Assembly: GCA_021163425.1 (NCBI GenBank)
Contig: JAGGWS010000038.1
Coordinates: 10,418-74,417, forward strand
Source: Candidatus Omnitrophota bacterium
GTDB lineage: Bacteria > Omnitrophota > Gorgyraeia > Duberdicusellales > Duberdicusellaceae
DNA length: 64,000 nucleotides
Direction: 5' to 3'
Shown here: positions 41,421-49,761 of the stretch, piece by piece
Position numbering within the stretch: position 1 is the stretch's first letter
Layout of the letters: each line of letters begins with the position of its first letter
Notes under the pieces: model-generated
Database searches by the model: none
What the model was told of the DNA's origin: nothing
What the model saw: the letters and a program-made list of their open reading frames with translations, nothing else
Made by a program: the position numbers and the translations under genes

Positions 41421-42617
41421 CTATCTCTTCCTACCTGCTTCCCCAGCCTTATAGATAGCTACCTTAGTAGTAATAGGACCAACTATCTCAAAGATAATGG
41501 TAGTAGCAGCAATTACATTTATAACCAATAAAGACAAATCTTGGCCTGCTTCTCCTAAAGAAGAGAATTCTCTACTTACCAAAATTGCTAAACCTATTGC
41601 TACTCCAGCTTGAGAAAGTATTCCTAAGCCCAAGTATTTACGGATAACTTTCTCTGCTCCTGAAATTAAAGCCCCTAAGTAAGAACCTCCCATAAGCCCT
41701 AAGCTCCTGCAAATTATATAAATCAATCCTAACAAACCCATACTCTTTAAGAGGCTGATTTTTAAATAGGCGCCAGCAATAACAAAGAAAATAATGTAGA
41801 TAGGCAAAACAACTAAATTAATTGTATCTACTAACCTTCTATTTGTAAATGGAAAAAGATTGGAAAAAACCATGCCTAAAGTAAGATTAGAAAGTATTAA
41901 AGAAAAATGTAAAAAATTAGATAAGCCTGCACAAACAATAATTGTTCCCATAGAAACAGCTAAAAGATCTTCCTTTCTTCTTATCTTCTGAACAAAAAAG
42001 CCTAATCCCCCTCCTAAAACTCCTCCCAAAAATATTGCCCCTAAAATCTCTATTAAAGGACCTTTCATAAAAGAAAAAAGAGAAAAACTCTGATGAGTAA
42101 TAAGAAGTTTGGCTAAAGCTGAAGCTAAAGCATAGATAATAATGGCTAAACCATCATCTAAACCCACTACCGCATATAAAGCAGAAGTTAGAGGTCCTTT
42201 TGCTCTATATTCCTGAAGAACAACTGCTGTCCCTGCAGGAGCAGAAGCAGGAGCTAAAGCCCCAAATATTAAAGCTAAATAGAGTTTCTTAGTTAAAAGA
42301 TAGGCTCCTAAACCTACTAATAAAAATGCTCCCAGTGATTCAGAAAAGATAATGGTGATTATTTGTTTACCTACTTTTCTTAAAGAAGAAAGTTGAAGTT
42401 CACTGCCAATTATAAACGCTACTAAAGACAAAGCTAAATCATTAAAAACTACTAATTTCTCTAATAAAGAAGGACTCAATATATTGAAGAAGGAATGTCC
42501 TAATAAAAGTCCGCAAATAAGATAACCTACTACTCCGGGAAGCTTCAACCTGTTAGAAAACTTTCCAGATATAAACCCCAGAATAATAACTATTCCTACG
42601 AAAAATAAAGGCTCCAT
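41421..42617 (-). CDS. Cation:proton antiporter (paralog of adjacent gene)
   Basis: ASAPA, KGPLT, VGLDD, SQAGVAIGL. Confidence 0.88.
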   Translation of the reverse strand: MEPLFFVGIVIILGFISGKFSNRLKLPGVVGYLICGLLLGHSFFNILSPSLLEKLVVFNDLALSLVAFIIGSELQLSSLRKVGKQIITIIFSESLGAFLLVGLGAYLLTKKLYLALIFGALAPASAPAGTAVVLQEYRAKGPLTSALYAVVGLDDGLAIIIYALASALAKLLITHQSFSLFSFMKGPLIEILGAIFLGGVLGGGLGFFVQKIRRKEDLLAVSMGTIIVCAGLSNFLHFSLILSNLTLGMVFSNLFPFTNRRLVDTINLVVLPIYIIFFVIAGAYLKISLLKSMGLLGLIYIICRSLGLMGGSYLGALISGAEKVIRKYLGLGILSQAGVAIGLAILVSREFSSLGEAGQDLSLLVINVIAATTIIFEIVGPITTKVAIYKAGEAGRKR

Positions 42618-42717
42618 CTTATTTCTTACCTACAGGCATTATACAATAGATTTTCTCTCTTATCCCTAAAATTTTTTAACCTCTTCTTCAGAAAAGGCAG
42701 AAATCATTATAGTTCCT

Positions 42718-42756
42718 TAACTTGACACTTTATTTTCAAAACATTTTGTCAAGTTA
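42718..42756. repeat. Dispersed IR element, copy B
   Basis: TAACTTGACA-CTTTATTTTCAAAACATTT-TGTCAAGTTA; contains the radical SAM gene stop. Confidence 0.9.
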
Positions 42757-43753
42757 GCCAGCATAAGGGGTCAGAAGCCAGATAATCCCCTTTTAAGGCA
42801 TAACTTAAAGCCCTGCATCCTGAACATCCTTGAACATTACAATTTCCACACTTACCTTTAAGGTTTCTTCTCTCTCTAAGAAGGTTTAAAACCGGAGAAC
42901 TCTCCCAGATTTTAGAAAGCCTATCTTTAAGAAGATTACCAATTTCTAAAGGAAATCTTCGACAGGGAAAGACTCCAGCCCCCGGCATTAAAGCACAGCC
43001 AAATTTACCTACCACACATTCTGCTCCAAATAATTCCTCCTGGAAATTTTTAAATTCTACTTTTAAAGCAGGAAATTTGACTGCTTCCTCAAAGAAATCC
43101 ACCCCTACTTTAGAAAATATTCTCTGATACACGCTTTTAAGTTCCAAAGGAGAAATCATCTGAGTATCTTTAATCTTCAAAGAATTCCCTAAAGGAATAA
43201 ATCTCTCTAAGATAACCCCCTTTATACCTAAGTCTTTAGAGAAATCCACCAGATAGTCTACTTCCTTTAAGTTTTTCTTAAGGAGAGTAAACATTAAAAT
43301 TAAGTTAAAACCTTCTCTCTGTAAAATTTTCACATTCTTTAAAACCTTATTAAACACCCCTTCTCCCCGGAAATAGTCATTAACCTCAGGAGTTACTCCT
43401 TCTAAGGAGAAAAAAATTGTATCTATCTTATCTTTAACCTTCCTCAAAGGGCCTATAAATCTATCTACGAGAGTTAAATTAGTAATTATATTTAAAGAAG
43501 ATAAAACTTCTGAAGAAGAAAGATAATCTATAAGTTTAAATAATTCTTTCTTCAAAAAAGGCTCTCCGCCAGTAAGAGAAAGACTTAAACTACTTCCCCA
43601 TAATTTCATAGTCTCTATTAAATTATCAGCCACCATTTTAAGATCCTGCCAGTTTAATTCTCTCTTTTGAGAAAAATCATCCTGATAACAATGTTTACAG
43701 AGTAAATTACAATTATCGGTTATATGCCACTGAATATGAAAGTCTTTCTCCAT
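42749..43753 (-). CDS. Radical SAM/SPASM domain protein
   Basis: CNLLCKHC, TGGEP, SPASM Cys pattern (C...PC...KCGNC....CSGCRA...DPLC). Confidence 0.9.
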   Translation of the reverse strand: MEKDFHIQWHITDNCNLLCKHCYQDDFSQKRELNWQDLKMVADNLIETMKLWGSSLSLSLTGGEPFLKKELFKLIDYLSSSEVLSSLNIITNLTLVDRFIGPLRKVKDKIDTIFFSLEGVTPEVNDYFRGEGVFNKVLKNVKILQREGFNLILMFTLLKKNLKEVDYLVDFSKDLGIKGVILERFIPLGNSLKIKDTQMISPLELKSVYQRIFSKVGVDFFEEAVKFPALKVEFKNFQEELFGAECVVGKFGCALMPGAGVFPCRRFPLEIGNLLKDRLSKIWESSPVLNLLRERRNLKGKCGNCNVQGCSGCRALSYALKGDYLASDPLCWLT

Positions 43754-43810
43754 TATTCGGAAAACTTCCTGTATCGGAAAAATCTTTTTTGTTGGGGTTA
43801 ATTTAACAAG

Positions 43811-46081
43811 TTAATGCTCAACCTGAGAAAAACCTAAGAACCCCAAACTCATTACTTTTAAAATAATTATTAACAAGAGAGTACTCTTTAAACCTAAGAG
43901 AGGGAAAAAAATCACTCCTCCTAATATCCCTCCTAAAAACCCTCCTAAAAGGTCAGCTGAGTAAAGAAAGCCTGCTGAATACCCTAAGTTAACTATACTG
44001 TATTTATCCTGGTATAATTTATTGGCTAAAGGAAATTCTGCTCCGATAAGAAGACCAGAAAAAAAACAAATTCCCAAATATAGACCCTTGAGAATAAAAA
44101 AACTTTGCGACTTTTCTAAATAAGGATAAAGATAATTAAAGAAGAAAATTAAAAATAAAGAATAGGTAATTATTAAAAATTCAAGGAATAAGAAAAATAA
44201 AAAAACTTTCCTGAGTTTAGTTAAAGAAAGAGAAGAAGTTAACCCTCCTGCAGCTAAACCAGCCATAAACAGAGAGACCAACACGCCTATCCAGTAATAG
44301 AGATAACCGTAAAGAACCTGAAAAGAAAAGATTAAGATTAAACTGAAAACCATCCCGGCTAAACCACTACTAAAAATAGAATAAAAAATACTGAAACTAA
44401 AGTTAGGTTTAAATTTAAAAAAGAGTAAAGTCAGAATAAAAAGTGAGGATAAGAATATAGAGATTTTCTTCAAATTCAACCCTTTAAGTTTAAATAAAAT
44501 CTTATTAACTTGCGAAGAAAAAGAAGAACCAAAATAACTTAAGCCGTAAAAAAGACCCAGAGGTTTAAAATCCTTATTGACATCTTTTGTTCCTACCTGT
44601 AACTGCTGAGTAATCCAATCTTCCCAGTAAGAAGAGAGCCGGTATTTAATATGGCCACAGCTTAAGAGAAGGGTCTTTATTTTTCTCTCTTTAAATCTTT
44701 CAATTAAAATATCTGAACTTACAAAACTTTGCTGAGAAGCTAAAAAGATATTATAACCATCAGAAGCGATTATCTTCACAAAAGGAAAGACTTTCTGGAG
44801 AGTAGAAAATATACAGGAATTTAAATCTTTTAACTCCTTACTCAAATAAGTCAAAGACCCAGGAAGCTTAAATACCAAAATCCCTCCCTTTCTTAACTTA
44901 GAACTACTGATTTTAAAAAACTCTTCAGTAAAAAGACGATCAGATTGTAAATCTAAAGGAATACCCACTCCTAACCAGATTAAATCATATTTTTTCCTGG
45001 TAGTCTTTAAGTAAAGCCTTCCATCAAGATTTTTAAGAAAAACTTTTTTATTTTTAAGCTCATCCTTAATAAGGGAGAAAAGTTTTTTTTCAGCTACTTC
45101 AAAAATAAGAGGGTCAAGTTCAGCATAATCTACTCTTTTAATCTGAGGATACTTTAAAACCTCCCTTATAAACCCGCCCAAACCTCCACTTATAATAAGG
45201 ACATCTCGGGGGTAAGGATGAAAAAGTAAAGGAAAATGCACAAGTTCTTCTATTTGAACGATATCAGAATAAGGCAGAGAAAATAAATTAACTCCATTAT
45301 AAAAAAGGTTAAATTGAGTTTTATATTGAGTAAGACAGATATTTCCGTAGATAGAATTTTTATAGTAAATAATTTTTTGATAAGGCCATTGCTTTCTTAA
45401 AGAGAATTGCTTCAAGGCTTCAACTTGGACAAGAGAAAAAGAAAAAATCAAGAAAAAAATAAAAGTTAAAAACTGCAAGAAACTAAAAGAAAAACTTTTC
45501 TCTTTAAACTTTAAGAAGAAAAAACATAAAATCATATTGACCAAACCCAAGAAAAGAGAAATCTGGAAAGAACCCCAGTAAGGAAGAAGTAAATAAGTAA
45601 GGATAAACCCTCCTAAAATTGTTCCCGAAGTTTCTAAAAAATAAACTTTGCCCAGAGTTGCATCTTCTTTAAAAAATCTTGAATATAATCTACAACTCAG
45701 AGAAAATAAGGCTCCATGAGGAAGACTTACCGGAATAAGAATTAAGAGAGAACTTAAGAAAGCTTTTTCTACTGTTATTGCTTCTGAAGGAAGAACCCCT
45801 ATTAAAAGCTTTAAATCCCTTACTAAGAAGATAGCTAAAGGAAAAGAAAGAGAAAAAATAAAGGTAAATACTACAAAATTTAAAACTTCCTTTTTTTTAG
45901 AAAAAAGCCTTCCTCCTAAGAAACTTCCCAAAGCCTCCAGGATAAGCCAGTTAGAAAGGATTATGCCGATAGTTAATTCATTACCTAAAAAAACTATAAG
46001 AAATTCCCTTAAGATAAGGATTTGGGCTAAAATCCCTCCTAAACCAGTAATCAAAATTACTATATTAAGTCTCTTTTTCAT
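43811..46081 (-). CDS. Fused membrane (MFS-like) / spermidine synthase-like protein
   Basis: N- and C-terminal TM bundles around a SAM-fold domain (LIISGGLGG, YAELDP, DGR.YL). Confidence 0.82.
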   Translation of the reverse strand: MKKRLNIVILITGLGGILAQILILREFLIVFLGNELTIGIILSNWLILEALGSFLGGRLFSKKKEVLNFVVFTFIFSLSFPLAIFLVRDLKLLIGVLPSEAITVEKAFLSSLLILIPVSLPHGALFSLSCRLYSRFFKEDATLGKVYFLETSGTILGGFILTYLLLPYWGSFQISLFLGLVNMILCFFFLKFKEKSFSFSFLQFLTFIFFLIFSFSLVQVEALKQFSLRKQWPYQKIIYYKNSIYGNICLTQYKTQFNLFYNGVNLFSLPYSDIVQIEELVHFPLLFHPYPRDVLIISGGLGGFIREVLKYPQIKRVDYAELDPLIFEVAEKKLFSLIKDELKNKKVFLKNLDGRLYLKTTRKKYDLIWLGVGIPLDLQSDRLFTEEFFKISSSKLRKGGILVFKLPGSLTYLSKELKDLNSCIFSTLQKVFPFVKIIASDGYNIFLASQQSFVSSDILIERFKERKIKTLLLSCGHIKYRLSSYWEDWITQQLQVGTKDVNKDFKPLGLFYGLSYFGSSFSSQVNKILFKLKGLNLKKISIFLSSLFILTLLFFKFKPNFSFSIFYSIFSSGLAGMVFSLILIFSFQVLYGYLYYWIGVLVSLFMAGLAAGGLTSSLSLTKLRKVFLFFLFLEFLIITYSLFLIFFFNYLYPYLEKSQSFFILKGLYLGICFFSGLLIGAEFPLANKLYQDKYSIVNLGYSAGFLYSADLLGGFLGGILGGVIFFPLLGLKSTLLLIIILKVMSLGFLGFSQVEH

Positions 46082-46130
46082 CAGGAGAAAGAATTCAGTT
46101 TTGAGCTGAAATATTAAATAAGATAATTTC

Positions 46131-47159
46131 TCATAAAATTAACATTGCGTCTCCAAAGCTGTAAAATCTGAACTTATTCTTAATAGCATAATCATAGGCT
46201 TGAAATAGAAATTCTTTTCCAGCGAAAGCTGATACTAACAGAAGATTTGTAGATTTAGGAAGATGGAAATTGGTAATTAAAGAATCTATAATCTTAAATT
46301 TAAATCCGGGATAGATAAATAAGTCAGTAAATCCTGAAAAAGGTTTAATCTGGGCTAACTCCTCTTTTAAAAAAGCAATTGATTCTAAAGCCCTAACTGT
46401 ACTTGTCCCGCAGGCAAAGATTCTCTTTTTCTCTCTTTTAGCTAAATTTATAATTTGAACAGCTTCCGGAGAAACCTCAATGTATTCCTCATCCATTTTA
46501 TGAGCTTCAACTTCTTCAACTTTTACCGGGCGAAATGTTCCTAATCCGATATGAAGACAAATATAAACTATCTTTATTCCTAAAGAAGATAATTCTGACA
46601 AAAGCTGAGGAGTAAAATGTAAACCGGCAGTAGGAGAAGCTACTGCACCTTCCTTTTTAGCAAAAACAGTCTGGTATCTTTGAGGTTCTTTCAATTCTTT
46701 CTTTATATAGGGAGGAATAGGAATCAAGCCCTGTTTAGAAATTAAATCTTTAATTTCTAAAGGGAAAAACTCTACTAACCACTTACCTTCAGGGCTTCTT
46801 TCTAAAACTTTGACCTTAAAACTATTATTCTTAAAAAATAGTTCTTCATAAAGCCTTATTCTCCGGGCAGGCCTTATCAAGGCTTGCCACTTACCCCTGG
46901 AAATCTCTCTTAAAAGAAGAATTTCTATCTTTGCTCCAGTCTTTCTCTGAACAAAAAGCCGGGCAGGAAATACCTTAGTATTATTTAAAACTAAAACATC
47001 TCCTTTATTGAAAAATCTAACTATATCTTTAAAAACAGTTTCAGTAATATTACCTGAATCTCTATGGAGAATAAGAAGCCGGGAAGAATCTCTCTGAGAA
47101 AGGGGCTCCTGGGCTATAAGTTGAGAGGGAAGATAATAATCAAAATCTTTTATTTCCAC
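46131..47159 (-). CDS. queA: S-adenosylmethionine:tRNA ribosyltransferase-isomerase
   Basis: FDY.LP..LIAQ.P, PPYI, YQTVFA, PTAGLHF, TNFHLPKST, FYSFGDAM. Confidence 0.97.
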   Translation of the reverse strand: MEIKDFDYYLPSQLIAQEPLSQRDSSRLLILHRDSGNITETVFKDIVRFFNKGDVLVLNNTKVFPARLFVQRKTGAKIEILLLREISRGKWQALIRPARRIRLYEELFFKNNSFKVKVLERSPEGKWLVEFFPLEIKDLISKQGLIPIPPYIKKELKEPQRYQTVFAKKEGAVASPTAGLHFTPQLLSELSSLGIKIVYICLHIGLGTFRPVKVEEVEAHKMDEEYIEVSPEAVQIINLAKREKKRIFACGTSTVRALESIAFLKEELAQIKPFSGFTDLFIYPGFKFKIIDSLITNFHLPKSTNLLLVSAFAGKEFLFQAYDYAIKNKFRFYSFGDAMLIL

Positions 47160-47223
47160 TAAATTCTCCCTTAGTCCTCACTGCTCAGGATTAAACCTGC
47201 AATTCCTCAAAGATTTTAAAACC

Positions 47224-47637
47224 TCATTCTCCAATAATTTTTACTAAAACTCTCTTGGGGCGTTGGCCATCGAATTCTCCATAAAAAACCTGCTCCCACG
47301 GACCAAAATCAAGTTTACCTCCAGTTATAGCAATTACCACCTCTCTACCCATAATTGTCCGTTTAAGATGAGCAGGGGCATTATCTTCTCCGGATAAGTT
47401 GTGTTTGTATCTCTTTCCCGAAGGAACGAGCTCCTCAAGCCACCTTTTAAAATCTTCCTTTAAGCCTTCTTCTTCATCATTAATAAAAACAGAAGAAGTA
47501 ATATGCATAGCATTAACTAAACACAAACCCTCTTTTACTTTACTTTTTTCTACTAACTCTTCTATCTGGGAGGTTATATTTATAAACTCAACCTTACTCT
47601 TAGTATTAAACCATAGATATTCAGTAAATGACCTCAT
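47224..47637 (-). CDS. yjbQ: YjbQ/UPF0047 family protein
   Basis: [33 protein letters not shown]. Confidence 0.9.
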   Translation of the reverse strand: MRSFTEYLWFNTKSKVEFINITSQIEELVEKSKVKEGLCLVNAMHITSSVFINDEEEGLKEDFKRWLEELVPSGKRYKHNLSGEDNAPAHLKRTIMGREVVIAITGGKLDFGPWEQVFYGEFDGQRPKRVLVKIIGE

Positions 47638-47697
47638 ACCCCCCCTTCTTAGAAACTAATTTTATCACAAAGCCTAAAATCTGTAAAAGGAGATTCC

Positions 47698-47739
47698 TAT
47701 CTTGGTTATTATATCTTGACTATTGTATCTTGGTTATTA
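47698..47739. repeat. 14-bp tandem repeat x3
   Basis: TATCTTGGTTATTA TATCTTGACTATTG TATCTTGGTTATTA. Confidence 0.75.
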
Positions 47740-47802
47740 GTTATAGTTACACCGCCAGGTCTAATTAAACTTATTCATTGGAAATTGGAAATTTACATAG
47801 CT

Positions 47803-47877
47803 GTAACTTGACATTTTACTTTCGAAGTATTTTGTCAAGTTTACACGTTTTAACGTTTATATGTTTTCACGTTTCTA
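47803..47877. repeat. Dispersed IR element, copy C, plus degenerate octamer array
   Basis: GTAACTTGACA-N19-TGTCAAGTT followed by TACACGTT TTAACGTT TATATGTT TTCACGTT. Confidence 0.85.
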
Positions 47878-47887
47878 TAACTTTAAA

Positions 47888-48838
47888 CTATCTTTTTCTA
47901 AACAAAGCCAAGAAAAACCCCTCCATAACTTCTGTGGGAAGAATCCTCTTGGTAAACTTCAAGCTCTGAGAAAAACTCTTATTTCTCCATTTAGTTAAGC
48001 CGTTTTGATAATTGGGAATAGGCAAATTTATCTCTTCTAAATAAACCTGGGGCTTAAACTTCTCTAAAGTCCAGTTTACTACTTCTTCGTTCTCTTCAGG
48101 AGAAAAAGTACAGGTAGAATATAAAAGCGAACCTCCCTTTTTTAAAGACTCAATCCCCGAAAAAAGTAAGCGTCTCTGTTTGTACTGAGCTTCTTTAATT
48201 TTCCTATAAGACCAATAAGAAAAAGTTTTCCAATCACTAACTAAAAAGTTAGCCTCTGAAGAACAGGGAGCATCTAATAAAACTTTATCAAAATACTGAG
48301 GATACTTTCTATAGATTAAGGCCCCTTCTCCCAGATAAATCTTAAGAAGTCTTTCCTGAGCCTGTTTTCTTAGATTAGCCAGAAGTTTATAATAGCGGGG
48401 CTTTATCTTTTCTACAGCTAAAACTTCAGCCTTTCCTTGAGTATCAGAGATTATTTGAGTAGTCTTTCCTCCAGGAGCTGAACACAAATCTAATATCTTA
48501 TCCTGTGGCTCAGGAGATAAAACCCAGACTGCCAATATACTGGAAAGATTTTGAAAATAAACCCAACCTTCCCGGTAAAAAATCTTCTCCTCAAACTCTC
48601 TTTGAGAAGGTTTAATAAGAACAAAACCTCCTTTATACCAGCTTACCTCTTTAAATTTTATATTTTGCTTCTTTAATTCTCCTGCAAGTATCTCATAACT
48701 TACTTTTATCTTGTTTATCCGAAAAGTAGGTAGCTTGGGGGTTAAAAAAGAATTCAGGATAGAAAAGTATTTATGAGGATAAATCTCTTTTATCCTTTCT
48801 CTAAACTCAGAAGGAAGTCTGTAAATAAGTTTATCCAT
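47888..48838 (-). CDS. RsmB/RsmF (NOL1/NOP2) RNA m5C methyltransferase
   Basis: LDLCSAPGGKT, LLDAPCS, YSTCT..PEENE, EGFF.A. Confidence 0.9.
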   Translation of the reverse strand: MDKLIYRLPSEFRERIKEIYPHKYFSILNSFLTPKLPTFRINKIKVSYEILAGELKKQNIKFKEVSWYKGGFVLIKPSQREFEEKIFYREGWVYFQNLSSILAVWVLSPEPQDKILDLCSAPGGKTTQIISDTQGKAEVLAVEKIKPRYYKLLANLRKQAQERLLKIYLGEGALIYRKYPQYFDKVLLDAPCSSEANFLVSDWKTFSYWSYRKIKEAQYKQRRLLFSGIESLKKGGSLLYSTCTFSPEENEEVVNWTLEKFKPQVYLEEINLPIPNYQNGLTKWRNKSFSQSLKFTKRILPTEVMEGFFLALFRKR

Positions 48839-49751
48839 AAGGATGAGAAAAGCCCCTTCCTAAACCCCTCTTTAAAGCATAATCTACTACCTCTTTATAT
48901 TCCTTAAGAGTTATTTTTCGAGAAAGTTCAGAGAAATTATAAGCCTTATAACAAGGCCAGTATTGGTCCATTATATTCAGGTAAGTATTTTTAGAAATCT
49001 TTTCAGCAATAAAATCTATAACTTTAAAAGAGCCTGAAATATTATTAGGAAGAACTAAATGCCTTATAATCAAACCTCTCTGAGCAACTCCCTGGCTATC
49101 TATTACTAAATCCCCCACCTGTCTATGCATCTCTAAAACTGCTTCTTGACAAACTTCCCAATAATCCTCTACTAAAGAATATTTTTTAGCAAGTTTATTA
49201 TCCGAATATTTCATATCAGGCATATATATATCAAAAACTCCTTCCACAATCTTTAAAACTTGTTTAGAATCATAACCTCCGCTATTATAGACCAAGGGAA
49301 GCCTTAAGCCTTTATTGCGAGCAATAACTAAGGCTTCAATTATCTGGGGTAAAATATGGGTAGGGCTAACCAGGTTCATGTTGTGAGCTCCCTGACTTTG
49401 AAGATAGAGCATAATCTTAGCCAATCTCTCAGAATCCATCTCTTCTCCTTCTCCTAACTGAGAAATAGTGTAATTCTGACAATACTGACAGGCTAAATTA
49501 CAAAAAGAAAAAAATATTGCACCTGACCCTCCCCTTCCTACAAGTTCAGGTTCTTCTCCAAAATGAAGGTTAAAACTGGAAACCAGAGCAGATTTTCCTG
49601 TCCGGCAAAAGCCTTTCTCTCCTCTGAGCCTGTTCACCTTACAGCTGCGAGGACAAATTACACATTCTCCAAGAAGTTCTAAGAGACTATCTTTAATCTT
49701 TTCTAAGGAGGCTGAAGATAACTGGAGGTAAGAAGGGGTAAAATTTTCCAT
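48831..49751 (-). CDS. PflX-like radical SAM protein
   Basis: C.ICPR.C.VNR, HFGEEP.L.G..GSG.IFF, CNLACQYCQN, IRHLVLP, M.QY.P. Confidence 0.88.
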   Translation of the reverse strand: MENFTPSYLQLSSASLEKIKDSLLELLGECVICPRSCKVNRLRGEKGFCRTGKSALVSSFNLHFGEEPELVGRGGSGAIFFSFCNLACQYCQNYTISQLGEGEEMDSERLAKIMLYLQSQGAHNMNLVSPTHILPQIIEALVIARNKGLRLPLVYNSGGYDSKQVLKIVEGVFDIYMPDMKYSDNKLAKKYSLVEDYWEVCQEAVLEMHRQVGDLVIDSQGVAQRGLIIRHLVLPNNISGSFKVIDFIAEKISKNTYLNIMDQYWPCYKAYNFSELSRKITLKEYKEVVDYALKRGLGRGFSHPYG

Positions 49752-49761
49752 ATTTAGATTG

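Noticed and set aside
47778-47969. 63-aa plus-strand ORF
   Set aside because: It is a translation of IR copy C and the octamer repeats running antisense into the methyltransferase gene.
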